NCBI RefSeq assembly: GCF_026210795.1
Contig: NC_089433.1
Location: 496,001 to 560,000 of the forward strand
Length of the DNA stretch: 64,000 nucleotides
Origin: Rhizophagus irregularis
Lineage: Eukaryota
Direction of reading: 5' to 3'
Under the pieces are notes generated by a model that had not been told where the DNA came from, searched no databases, and worked only from the letters and a program-made list of their open reading frames with translations. This document shows positions 13,780 to 25,809 of the stretch, one piece after another (position 1 is the stretch's first letter; each line of letters starts with the position of its first letter). The translations under genes and the position numbers were made by a program.

Positions 13780-16700
13780 TAATAACAAAATCCATACTTT
13801 TCATTGTGATTTCAATTATTAAGTAAGTATATACTTATACTATTGTTTTTGATATTCTTTTCAAGTTGTTTTAGTATAAGATACAGATTTTCTTCTCACT
13901 TTAAGATTTTCAAATTTATTTCTATATAACTAAAATAAGAAAATAATTAGTAAAATATCCAAAAAGAATATATTGTGATTTTAATCATTATAATAGTGAA
14001 ATCCATACTTTTATAGTGATCTTAATTATTAAATAAAGATCCAAAAGATTACATTGTGATTTCAACCATCATAACAACAAAATCCATACTTTTTATAGTG
14101 ATTTCAATTACTAAGTATATACTTACATTATTGTTTTTGATATTCTTTCAAGTTGTTTTAGTTTAAGATATGAATTTTCTTATTGCTTAGAATTAGTGAA
14201 GGAATAATATTTTGTGATTTAGATTTTCTTCTTGCTTTAAGGCATTTTTAAATTCATTTCTACATAACTAAAATAAGAAAATAATTAGTAAAAATCCAAA
14301 AAGAATATATTGTGATTTTAATCATTTTAATAGTGAGATCCATACTTTTTATGGTGATTTCAATTATTAAGTAAGTATATACTTACACTATTGTTTTTGA
14401 TATATTCTTTTCAAGTTGTTTTAGTATAAGATACAGATTTTCTTCTCACTTTAAGATTTTTCAAATTTATTTCTACATAACTAAATAAGAAAATAATTAG
14501 TAAAATATCCAAAAAGAATATATTGTGATTTTAATCATTATAATAGTGAAATCCATACTTTTATAGTGATCTTAATTATTAAATAAAGATCCAAAAGATT
14601 ACATTGTGATTTCAACCATTATAACAACAAAATCCATACTTTTCATAGTGATTTCAATTACTAAGTAAGTATATACTTACATTATTGTTTTTGATGTTAT
14701 TTTAATATAAGATACAGATTTTCTTCTTACTTTAAAATTTTTCAAATTCATTTCTACATAACTAAAATAAGAAAATAATTAGTAAAATATCCAAAAAGAA
14801 TATATTGTGATTTTAATCATTATAACAATGAGATCCATACTTTTATAGTGATCTTAATTATTAAATAAAGATCCAAAAGATTACATTGTGATTTCAACCA
14901 TTATAACAACAAAATCCATACTTTTTATAGTGATTTCAATTACTAAGTAAGTATATACTTACATTATTATTTTTTGATACTCTTTCAAGTTGTTTTAGTT
15001 TAAGATATGAATTTTCTTATTGCTTAGAATTAGTGAAGGAATAATATTTTGTGATTTAGATTTTCTTCTTGCTTTAAGGCATTTTCAAATTTATTTCTAC
15101 ATAACTAAAATAAGAAAATAATTAGTAAAAATCTAAAAAGAATATATTGTGATTTTAATCATTATAACAATGAGATCCATACTTTTATAGTGATCTTAAT
15201 TATTAAATAAAGATCCAAAAGATTACATTGTGATTTCAACCATTATAACAACAAAATCCATACTTTTCATAGTGATTTCAATTACTAAGTAAGTATATAC
15301 TTACATTATTGTTTTTGATATTGTTTTAATATAAGATCCAGATTTTCTTCTCACTTTAAGATTTTTCAAATTCATTTATTCATTTCTACATAACTAAAAT
15401 AAGAAAATAATTAGTAAAATATCCAAAAAGAATATATTGTGATTTTAATCATTATAACAATGAGATCCATACTTTTATAGTGATCTTAATTATTAAATAA
15501 AGATCCGAAAGATTACATGGTGATTTCAACCATCATAACAATAAAATCCATACTTTTTATAGTGATTTCAATTACTAAGTAAGTATATACTTACATTATT
15601 GATTTTAATATTTTTTCAAGTTGTTTTAATATAAGATGCAGATTTTCTTTTTGCTTTAAGTATTTTTCACTTCATTTCTATATAACTAAAATAAGAAAAT
15701 AATTAGTAAAAATCCAAAAAGAATATATTGTGATTTTAATCATTATAACAGTGAGATCCATACTTTTATGGTGATCTTAATTATTAAATAAAGATCCAAA
15801 AGATTACATTGTGATTTCAACCATCATAACAACAAAATCCATACTTTTCATAGTGATTTCAATTACTAAGTAAGTATATACTTACATTATTGTTTTGATA
15901 TTCTTTCAAGTTGTTTTAGTTTAAGATATGAATTTTCTTATCACTTAGAATTAGTGAAGAAATAATATTTTGTGATTTAGATTTTCTTCTTGCTTTAAGG
16001 CATTTTTAAATTCATTTCTACATAACTAAAATAAGAAAATAATTAGTAAAAATCCAAAAAGAATATATTGTGATTTTAATCATTATAATAGTGAGATCCA
16101 TACTTTTATGGTGATCTCAATTATTAAATAAAGATCCAAAAGATTACATTGTGATTTCAACCATCATAACAACAAAATCCATACTTTTTATAGTGATTTC
16201 AATTACTAAGTAAGTATATACTTACACTATTGTTTTTGATATATACTTTTCAAGTTGTTTTAGTATAAAATACAGATTTTCTTATTACTTAGAATTAGTA
16301 AAGGAATAATATTTTGTGATTTAGATTTTCTTCTTGCTTTAAGGTATTTTCTATTTTATTTCTATATAACTAAATAAGAAAATAATTAGTAAAATATCCA
16401 AAAAGAATATATTGTGATTTTAATCATTATAATAGTGAGATCCATACTTTTATAGTGATCTTAATTATTAAATAAAGATCCAAAAGATTACATTGTGATT
16501 TCAACTACCATAAAAACAAAATCCATACTTTTTATAGTGATTTCAATTACTAAGTAAGTATATACTTACATTATTGATTTTGATATTTTTTCAAGTTATT
16601 TTAATATAAGATGCAGATTTTCTTTTTGCTTTAAGTATTTTTCACTTCATTTCTATATAACTAAAATAAGAAAATAATTAGTAAAAATCCAAAAAGAACA

Positions 16701-17495
16701 TATTGTGATTTTAATCATTATAATAGTGAGATCCATACTTTTATAGTGATCTTAATTATTAAATAAAGATCCAAAAGATTACATTGTGATTTCAACTATT
16801 ATAACAACAAAATCCATACTTTTCATAGTGATTTCAATTACTAAGTAAGTATATACTTACATTATTGTTGTTAATGTTGTTTTAATATAAGATACAGATT
16901 TTCTTCTTACTTTAAGATTTTTCAAATTCATTTCTACATAACTAAAATAAGAAAATAATTAGTAAAATATCCAAAAAGAATATATTGTGATTTTAATCAT
17001 TATAACAGTGAGATCCATACTTTTATGGTGATCTTAATTATTAAATAAAGATCCAAAAAATTACATTGTGATTTCAACCATCATAACAACAAAATCCATA
17101 CTTTTCATAGTGATTTCAATTACTAAGTAAGTATATACTTACATTATTGTTTTTTGATATTCTTTCAAGTTGTTTTAGTTTAAGATATGAATTTTCTTAT
17201 CACTTAGAATTAGTGAAGGAATAATATTTTGTGATTTAGATTTTCTTCTTGCTTTAAGGCATGTTCAAATTCATTTCTACATAACTAAAATAAGAAAATA
17301 ATTAGTAAAAATCCAAAAAGAATATATTGTGATTTTAATCATTATAATAGTGAGATCCATACTTTTATAGTGATCTTAATTATTAAATAAAGATCCAAAA
17401 GATTACATTGTGATTTCAACCACCATAATAATAAAATCCATACTTTTCATAGTGATTTCAATTACTAAGTAAGTATATACTTACATTATTGTTTA
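13780..17495 (-). repeat. Tandem array of ~13 exon-intron-like units (about 260-343 bp each)
   Basis: On the minus strand each unit reads TACTAAT-TATTTTCTTATTTTAG | short or long exon-like block | GTAAGTATATACTTAC. Donors near 14121, 14381, 14675, 14957, 15299, 15589, 15880, 16221, 16564, 16855, 17137 and 17479; one mutated near 13831. Confidence 0.9.
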
Positions 17496-18422
17496 ATAAT
17501 AAGTGGTCGTCCAAAATTTACCATAAGATAATTTGCTAATATAATAGTTTATAAAAAAACTATATAGAGAAAAAAAATGATTTTTTAAATCAATAATTGT
17601 CTTTTTATATATAAAATATTGAATAAGAATGAATCATTATTAAAATCAATAGCTTAAACATGACAAAAACTTTGCCATTTAGTATATAGATTTAGTTTAA
17701 CAAAAATTGACATTTATATTATTAAATATATATGATTTATAATTATAGCAAGTTATTAGTCATAATATTATAATAATTGCAAAACTTGACTTTATATTTA
17801 GAATTATAATAATAATAATTGAACAATTTAATTTAATAATTTTATTATTTCCAGATATAATAATTTGAATCAAAATTAGTCATTAGTATTATTTAGTAAA
17901 TATTACATTTTTAGACATAATACTATTAATTTTGACTAAAATAATATTAAAATTATATTCATTAATAATGATTCATTATGACAGTTAATATTAGAAGTTT
18001 ATTAGTCATAATGAGGTAATTTAAAAGCTAAGGATTAATAGTTAATCAATATTTTGTAATGAATTTTATATCAATAGTATCATTTGTAATTTTCTATATT
18101 TCTGTTTGAATATTAAATATATTAATTGAATTATGTCATATGATCCACAGATTAAAGAGATTAATTTAATATTATATTTTTTAATTAAAATAGAAATAAT
18201 TGGTCAGACTAACAAATAAAAAAAACTGATGTATATAATATTATTATTTCTGATTAAAAAAATATTAAAGTTGTATTAGTGTAACAGTTAAAATTATTAA
18301 CAAAGTTTGTAAATACATAAAAGCCAATTATTTCAATTCTTTGTTTTTTTTATTATATATTACTTTTTACAAAAAAAAAACTACAAAATAAACTACAAAA
18401 TAAAATTTCATTTCAAAGAAAA

Positions 18423-19248
18423 ATGGCAAGAACATCTAAATCATCATCTTATAAAAAAAATTCTTTTTCTAAATCTAGGCAACAAAGATTAATAATAAAA
18501 CAACTTAAGCAGAATACTAAAAGCAATAATGTAAGTATATATTTACTTACTTAGTAATTGAAATCACTATGAAAAGTATGGATTTTGTTATTATAATAGT
18601 TAAAATCACAATGTAATCTTTGGATCTTTACTTATTAGTAATTGAGATCACTATATAGTTATGGATTTAATTGTTATAATGGCTGAACAATATATTCTTT
18701 TTGGATATCTTACTAACTCTTTTCTTATTTTAGTTAAATAGAAATGAAACTGAGAGAAATGAGAAAATTCCTAAAGCAAGAAGAAAATCTAAATCTTATA
18801 CAAAAAATTCCTTCTCTGAATTGAAGCAAAAAAGATTAATAATAAAACAACTTAAGCAGAATACTAAAAACAATAATGTAATTATATACTTACTTAGTAA
18901 TTGAAATCAAAATGTAATCTTTTGGATCTTTATTTAATAATTAAGATCACTACATAAGTTATAGATCTCACTGTTATAATGACTGAAATCACAATATATT
19001 CTTTTTGGATATCTTACTAATCTTTTATTTTTTAGTTAAATAGAGATGAAACTGAAAGAAATGATACATCACAAACGGATACATCATCACAAAACAAAAC
19101 TATATGGACGCAAACCCCTTTGGTATTGACGAATAATAACATCCGGTCTATTAGTTATTATACAGGGAGAGAAACTAATAGGTATAGATATTTTAATAGA
19201 GTAATTTATAGGTCACAAAAAATAATTACAGGTAGAGAATTGAAATAA
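18423..19248 (+). CDS. Small basic 3-exon protein with internally repeated exons, homologous to the 13.8-17.5 kb array unit
   Basis: MARTSKSSSYKKNSFSKSRQQRLIIKQLKQNTKSNN | LNRNETERNEKIPKARRKSKS...KQNTKNNN | LNRDETERND...GRELK*. Two phase-0 GT-AG introns match the array intron. Confidence 0.55.
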
Positions 19249-20657
19249 TATAATTTTTATAGTTTTTGATTAAATGATAATGACAAATAAAGATAATGAT
19301 AAACTTTGTATTATAAAATAAAATAAAGTATTTATAAGATTTGTCTGAAAAGATAAAACTTTTTATTAAAATCTCTTACATAATTTTCATACATTTGCTG
19401 TGACAGATCAGATTATGCAGGTCACGAGTCATTAAAAATTATTAATACCAATGCAATGTTGATTAAATATTTTATTCTGTAATTTTTATTATACAGAATT
19501 TGAATTATCTTAACCTGATTTAAAAGTTGAGTCAGGTCAAATTAACCAAAATCAACTTTTATCTTTCGAGCACCAGACTGATTGATTATCATAAGTAAGA
19601 TTTCAAATTGGTATAAATATTGTGTGTCAACATATTCAAACATTCCGCGAATTGATGAATTTGAAGAGGCTTTATTTAATTGCTTAGGCAATCTAAAGTC
19701 TGTAATCATTAATTTATTATTGTAACTAGAGTAACTTGGTAATTGTTAGTGAGTTATAATCATTATACTGTCAGATTGACTCGAAAATTTTAGGTCGGGT
19801 CATCAAACGTTTTTATAATTAAATATAAAAAAAATTGATTTTTTTTTATTAAAAACGTCAGACTTGACGTTTTTATGATTAAAAAATCATTTTTACGTTA
19901 GATTTGATTAAAAGTCAAAAAAATTAATTTTTTTGGTTAAAAACGTAAGACTTGGCATTTTTGTAATTAATAATCAAAAAAAAATGATTTTATTAATTAA
20001 AAATGTCAGACTTGACGTTTTTGTAATTAAAAAATCAAAAACTGAATTTTTTTAGTTAAAAAACGTCAGACTTGACGTTTCTGTGGTTAAAAATTAGAGT
20101 TCTGAACAGGTTGTCCAAATTCAGGTAACCTTGACAGGTTGACCTGAATTTATCAGGTCAGGTTTAGCAATTTCGATTTGGCATCAGTTAAGGTTGTAAC
20201 ATCAGTAAAATCTGAATGACCTGTTGACCTGAAACTAACAATACTATTATTTTATAATAATATATTAAAAAAAAACATTGGGAAAATGATTTTTCTATAA
20301 GATTATATTAGAAAAAAACATTTCGCAACTTTTTTTTTGATATTTTATTGAAAAATGTTGCGAAAACATTTTTTCTATAAGATTATATTAGAAAAAAATG
20401 TTTTGCAACTTTTTTTTTGATATTTTATTGAAAAACGTTGCAAAAACATTTTTTCTATAAGATTATATTAGAAAAAAACGTTTTTAAAATTATTTTTAAA
20501 TTAAAACTAATACTAAATTAGCTAAATTAGAATTAAGCAGTATTAAGAAAAATTCGCGAGAATTTTCCTTGATACTGCTTAATTTTTAAATTAAAACCTA
20601 ATACTAAATTAGCTAAATTAGAATTAAGCAGTATTAAGAAAAATTCGCGAGTATTTT

Positions 20658-21292
20658 ATGGAAAGCCGTCCTTGACAAAAGGTTGATATCCAGACATCAT
20701 GTTGGATAATGTCTAGACATCATGTTTGATATATGTAGAATAATGTTTGTACATCATTCAACATGATTAAGGTTGCTTGCCGAAACCTAGGGGTTTAGGC
20801 AAGATGGCGTTTCGCCGAAAAGCGAAATTCTGCCGAAACTATATTAAAGTTATATTAAAAAACTGGCGAAACTTTGGAGAAAGGCGAAACTGCCGAAACT
20901 TATTATAAATGCCGAAACTGCCGAAACTCTGCCGAAACTATAATAAATCTATAGTAAAATTTTGACGAAACTAATCGTAGGATTTTGAAGAGGTTTAGAC
21001 AAGCAACCTTAAACATGATGCTCAAGCATCAACCGACATGATGTCTTAGACATCATGTTACCAAATATAGTAAATTTTATTTTGTGTAACTCATAAATAT
21101 ACTATATTTGGTAATTTGATCGGCATGATGTCTAGACATCATGTCGGTTGATGTCTTTCACATCATGTTAAATAATGTACAAACATCATCCTACTTATAT
21201 CAAACATGATGTCTAGACATACCATCATGATGTCTAAATATTATATTTCATGATGTTTGGACATCAACCTTTTGTCAAGGACGGCTTTCCAT
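20658..21292. mobile_element. TIR element nested in the hAT-like element; TSD AGTATTTT (8 bp, or 6 bp if the termini are TA..TA)
   Basis: ATGGAAAGCCGTCCTTGACAAAAGGTTGAT...ATCAACCTTTTGTCAAGGACGGCTTTCCAT. Duplication at 20650-20657 and 21293-21300. Internal ACATCATG/CATGATGT motifs. Confidence 0.88.
20768..21011. mobile_element. hAT-like MITE (244 bp) nested in the second element, 8-bp TSD AACATGAT
   Basis: TIR TAAGGTTGCTTG...CAAGCAACCTTA. TSD at 20760-20767 and 21012-21019. Internal GCCGAAAC repeats. Confidence 0.9.
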
Positions 21293-23217
21293 AGTATTTT
21301 CCTTGATACTGCTTAATTTTAATCCAATACTAAATTAGCTAAATTAGAATTAAGCAGTATTAAGAAAAATTCATGAGAATTTCCCTTAATACTGCCTAAC
21401 TTTTTAGGTTAAAACCTAATACTAAATTAGCTAAATTATAATTTAAGCAGTATTAAGAAAAATTTGCGAGAATTCTCCTTGATACTGCTTAATTTTTTAA
21501 ATTAAAACCTAATACTAAATTAGCTAATTAGAATTAAGCTATTAGGTTGTAACATAGATTTTTTCGAATGTCATGATTTTATTGAAATGAACAAGTTCAA
21601 AATAAATCATATTTCATATACTTTACATTTTATAGTCCTAACTCTCCTTTAAACAGAACTCTTGTTTTATTGAAAAATATTGCGAAGACGTTTTTTCTAT
21701 AGAAAAAAACATTTTGCAATGTTTTTTTTTTTGATATTTTATTGAAAAACGTTGCAAAATATTTTTTCCTAATATAATGATATAGAAAAAACCGTTTTCA
21801 CAACGTTTTCCAATAAAATATCAAGAAAAATGTTGCGAAATGTTTTTTCCTAATATAATGTTATAGAAAAAATGTTTCGCAACATTTTTCTTGATATTTT
21901 ATTGCGAAATTGATTTTTCTATAAGACTATATTAGGAAAAAACGTTTTGCAACGTTTTTCTTGATATTTTATTGAAAAACGTTGCGAAAACGTTTTTTCT
22001 ATAACATTATATTAGGAAAAAATGTTTCACAACATTTTTTTTGATATTTTATTGAAAAATGTTGCGAAAACGTTTTTTCTATAACATTATATTAGGAAAA
22101 AATGTTTCGCAACATTTTTTTTGATATTTTATTGAAAAACGTTGCGAAAACGTTTTTTCTATAACATTATATTAGGAAAAAATGTTTTGCAACATTTTTT
22201 TTTTATATTTTATTGAAAAACGTTGCGAAAACATTTTTTATATAACATTATATTAGAAAAAAACATTGCGCAACGTTTTTTTTCAATAATTTAATAAAAA
22301 TCATTTGGGTTAACCTGAAATTTTTTAGGTTTCAGCTCAGGTCAGGTCAAACAGATAATCTGATATAACCTGACCTGACCTGACCTGACCCATTCAGAAC
22401 TCTATTAAAAATCAAAAAAAAAATGATTTTTTTAATTAAAAAACGTCAGACTTGACGTTTTTGTAATTAAAAAATCAAAAAAAATGATTTTTTTAATTAA
22501 AAAACGTCAGACTTGACATTTTTGTAATTAAAAAATCAAAAAAAATGATTTTTTTAATTAAAAAACGTCAGACTTGATGTTTTTGTAATTAAAAAATCAA
22601 AAAAAATGATTTTTTTAATTAAAAAAACGTCAGACTTGACATTTTTGTAATTAAAAAATCAAAAAAAATGATTTTTTTAATTAAAAAAACGTCAGACTTG
22701 ACATTTTTGTAATTAAAAAATCAAAAAAAATGATTTTTTTAATTAAAAAAACGTCAGACTTGACATTTTTGTAATTAAAAAAATCAAAAAAAATGATTTT
22801 TTTAATTAAAAAAACGTCAGACTTGACGTTTTTGTAATTAAAAAATCAAAAAATATTGGTTTTTTTTAATTAATAACATCAGTATTGACATTTTTTGTTA
22901 AAAAAATAAATATGAAGAAAAAATGTTTTTGTGTTATTTTTTATTATAATTTTATATGGAAAAATGCCAAAATGTTTTTTTCTTAATAGTAATGCAAAAA
23001 AAAAAGTTTTTGGCGTTTTTTTTTTAATAATATTATATGAAAAAATGCTGAAACGTTTTTTCTACAATTTTTTTTATTTTTTTGCAATATTTTATGAAAT
23101 TTTAATGATCAACAAAAAAATGAAATTATGCAAATATTGAATGATGCAACAATTTAACAGGGACTTTTAGTGGCACAGGAAGAGTTTTTGCGAAAAGTTG
23201 GCATTAGAAGTTTTTTT

Positions 23218-23310
23218 CATTGACATTGACATTGACATTGACATTGACATTGACATTGACATTGACATTGACATTGTCACTGACATTGACATTGTCATTG
23301 ACATTGACAT
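23218..23310. repeat. (CATTGA)n hexanucleotide microsatellite
   Basis: About 15 copies visible directly. Confidence 0.95.
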
Positions 23311-23646
23311 AAAGTTATATAAGATTAATCTGAGAGTTTTTTACCAAAAAGGAAATTTTTTTATAAAAAGGGAAATGATTTTCAATTTCAAGGCAATTCA
23401 GCAGGTGTTTTAATAACAAATTGAGAAATGATTTCCATAGAAAATCTCGTGACAAAATTTATAATAAATTTAAAATAAATGATCAACAAATGATCAACAA
23501 AATCGTTACTAGTTTTATAAAAAACGCCCAATAATATCTTTTTATTGTTTTAATATGTTTTTCTAATTGATATTAAAAAAAACTCTTTCTTACAAATTGT
23601 TAAAAACGCTTAAAATCCGCAGTAAATATCTAACAATTTATAGAAA

Positions 23647-25800
23647 ATGTCTGGAAACGCTAAACGAGGTGGTAGAGGTGGTAGACAAACACGTAGCTCA
23701 AGCCGTAATTCCCAAGCAGGTGGAAGTAGGCCAACTAGTCCTGAAAACCAGTTCACCTTCAGTGCACCGAAGGAAACTGCTACTCATCAAGAGAGTATTT
23801 GGAAAACTTATCAAAAGAAGCCGCAACCAACTTCTGATAAAAAGATGACAGAAGCCATGGAAGCTGAACGTGCTATGGATATGGAAAAAAGTATTGTTCA
23901 AGATACTTATGGCCCAAACTCCAAATCTTCTTCTGGTAATGACAAAGGGAAAGCTACTGATAAGTCCAAGGCGGTCGCGAAAGAATTGTTACGTGACCCT
24001 CCCTTACCTCCGCAGAATATTATAAACAACGTGAATGGAACCAATAAAGTTCTGACTCTTAACAAAGAAATTCCTTCAACTCCTCATAAGGATCAACAAC
24101 AATCTGTTGTTTTGCCTAATCAGGATAAGATTAATCTGCAAGCCGATCAAGGGTCCCAGCCCATGGATGTTGATCCTAGTAATTCAAACAAAGACCCATC
24201 GATCATTACTATTGAAAAGGTTAAGGAGCACATTGCAATCGTCCCTTATGGTGAACTTCTTGGGGAAAAAACTACTAAACTTACTAAAATTAAAAAGGCT
24301 TTGAAGACGTATAATATTCAATACAACACACAATTACCTATCATTCAAATTGGTAAACAAGGAGCAAAGGTATCATTTTTGGATAAAGAAAAATTTGACC
24401 AATTTCTTAAAATGGAAATTGTTATTCAGGAGCAAAAAGAAGGTGATTCGGGTGTAGTGTTTAATGTGAAACTTCAACCTACCCCATTGAAGTCTGAGAA
24501 GGTGCCTACTACAAATGATAAGAATAGTGATATGTCACAAAATTCCAATAGTCGTACAATTCAAGTAATCGACATTCCTGCGTATAGGCAGGTACGCAAA
24601 ATTCGTGAGTCCTTTGAAGATCTTGGTGAAATTGAGAAAATTTATACACGAGGTGCTGGTCTTTACCAAGTTGCTTTCATTACGTATAAAGATGCGAATT
24701 CTATTGATTATTTCAATGAACAATGGAGCTATCATATTAATAAAGACATAGTTAGAGTTTTACCCCTGTTATTGAGCAAGAAGGAACGCGAGAAAAGGAA
24801 GCAATTCTCGTTAAGATTATCAGGTTTACATTATCAAACTAGTGGTTATGATCTTAAGGAAGTTATGACACAATGTAAAGGGAAAACTTGTTTCATCCCA
24901 GCTGTTATGATTCGTGGTAAATATCAAAGGTGTCGTTATGCTTACATTCATTTTTCTTCACAAGATGATTTGGTGGCAGCCAGACAAATGAAAATTGAAT
25001 TCAAAAAGGGTAACGCAGGTACTCGACAATTATACTGGAGTAAAGAGGAAGATCGCATTTGTAATATTTGCGGTAATCCCACTCATATGGCCAAAGACTG
25101 TACCAACAAAGATATTAACAAATCTCAATCTAAACGTTTTGTTAGTGACGCTGATAATTGGAAAAATTTGAAAAAGTCGTATGCGGATGCGGCTAAATCT
25201 AAACAAAAGCCCAGAAATAGTTCTAAATCTAATAATAATATTCCATCTGGATCACGTGATCTAGGAAAAGCTCGCAGCAATCATGATAATGATGATGACG
25301 ATAGTGAAGATTTCAATAATCATCCGATGTTTTTAAAATTCAAGGAACAAATTATTAGCACTATAAGAAAGGTGGAAGACAAAATGCTTAAAATGGAATC
25401 ACTCATTGGTGACACTGGCAAGCAAATTAGTGAAGTTGTTACTGCACAACAAGCACTTAAATGTGATAAAGCGCATCCGGTCCCAACTAGTACGAAAAAG
25501 AAAAATCAACAATCTGTTTCTGGTGCAGAAGTTAAAGCAGCGAAAAAACGCTGTAAAAGTGACTCTGAATCAAGTGAAGATGAAGATGAACTAGCAAATA
25601 AATCCGTTCTTCAATCACAACAATTTCAGAAATCTGATCAAAATATCCAAAGCATTGTTGCACAACAAAAACAAATACAAGAAAACCACAAGGAAACTAA
25701 ATCCTTACTTTCATCACTTTACAACATATTAGCTGGCGGCCCTTCAGCTTCATCATTATTGGGGGATAATGATGAAGTTTTTGATGATTCTGTCGTATAA
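23647..25800 (+). CDS. LINE ORF1 (gag-like, RRM-like repeats plus CCHC zinc knuckle)
   Basis: 717-aa ORF with RRM-like segments (IQVIDIP..AFITY; LRLSGL..YAYIHF) and CNICGNPTHMAKDC. Lies 9 nt upstream of ORF2. Confidence 0.88.
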   Translation: MSGNAKRGGRGGRQTRSSSRNSQAGGSRPTSPENQFTFSAPKETATHQESIWKTYQKKPQPTSDKKMTEAMEAERAMDMEKSIVQDTYGPNSKSSSGNDKGKATDKSKAVAKELLRDPPLPPQNIINNVNGTNKVLTLNKEIPSTPHKDQQQSVVLPNQDKINLQADQGSQPMDVDPSNSNKDPSIITIEKVKEHIAIVPYGELLGEKTTKLTKIKKALKTYNIQYNTQLPIIQIGKQGAKVSFLDKEKFDQFLKMEIVIQEQKEGDSGVVFNVKLQPTPLKSEKVPTTNDKNSDMSQNSNSRTIQVIDIPAYRQVRKIRESFEDLGEIEKIYTRGAGLYQVAFITYKDANSIDYFNEQWSYHINKDIVRVLPLLLSKKEREKRKQFSLRLSGLHYQTSGYDLKEVMTQCKGKTCFIPAVMIRGKYQRCRYAYIHFSSQDDLVAARQMKIEFKKGNAGTRQLYWSKEEDRICNICGNPTHMAKDCTNKDINKSQSKRFVSDADNWKNLKKSYADAAKSKQKPRNSSKSNNNIPSGSRDLGKARSNHDNDDDDSEDFNNHPMFLKFKEQIISTIRKVEDKMLKMESLIGDTGKQISEVVTAQQALKCDKAHPVPTSTKKKNQQSVSGAEVKAAKKRCKSDSESSEDEDELANKSVLQSQQFQKSDQNIQSIVAQQKQIQENHKETKSLLSSLYNILAGGPSASSLLGDNDEVFDDSVV

Positions 25801-25809
25801 TTATTTTTA

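Larger units (their letters stand above)
20095..22404. mobile_element. Non-autonomous hAT-like element, 8-bp TSD TTAAAAAT
   Basis: TIR TAGAGTTCTGAA...TTCAGAACTCTA. TSD at 20087-20094 and 22405-22412. Subterminal TGACC/GGTCA motifs; internal ~80-bp and ~91-bp tandem repeats. Confidence 0.9.
19800..22900. repeat. ~61-bp palindromic satellite, split by an insertion at 20095-22404
   Basis: Unit AAAAACGTCA-GACT-TGACGTTTTTGTAATTAAAAAATCAAAAAAAATGATTTTTTTAATT. Copies near 19856-20064 and at 22444, 22505, 22566, 22628, 22690, 22752 and 22815. Confidence 0.9.

Noticed and set aside
17500..17520. AGTGGT as the partner terminus of ACCACT at ~8592
   Set aside because: The match is only 6 bp and the orientation is wrong for enclosing one element.
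23198..23413. DIDIDI ORF / repeated TTGACA -35 boxes
   Set aside because: Simple hexamer microsatellite; bacterial promoter logic does not apply here.
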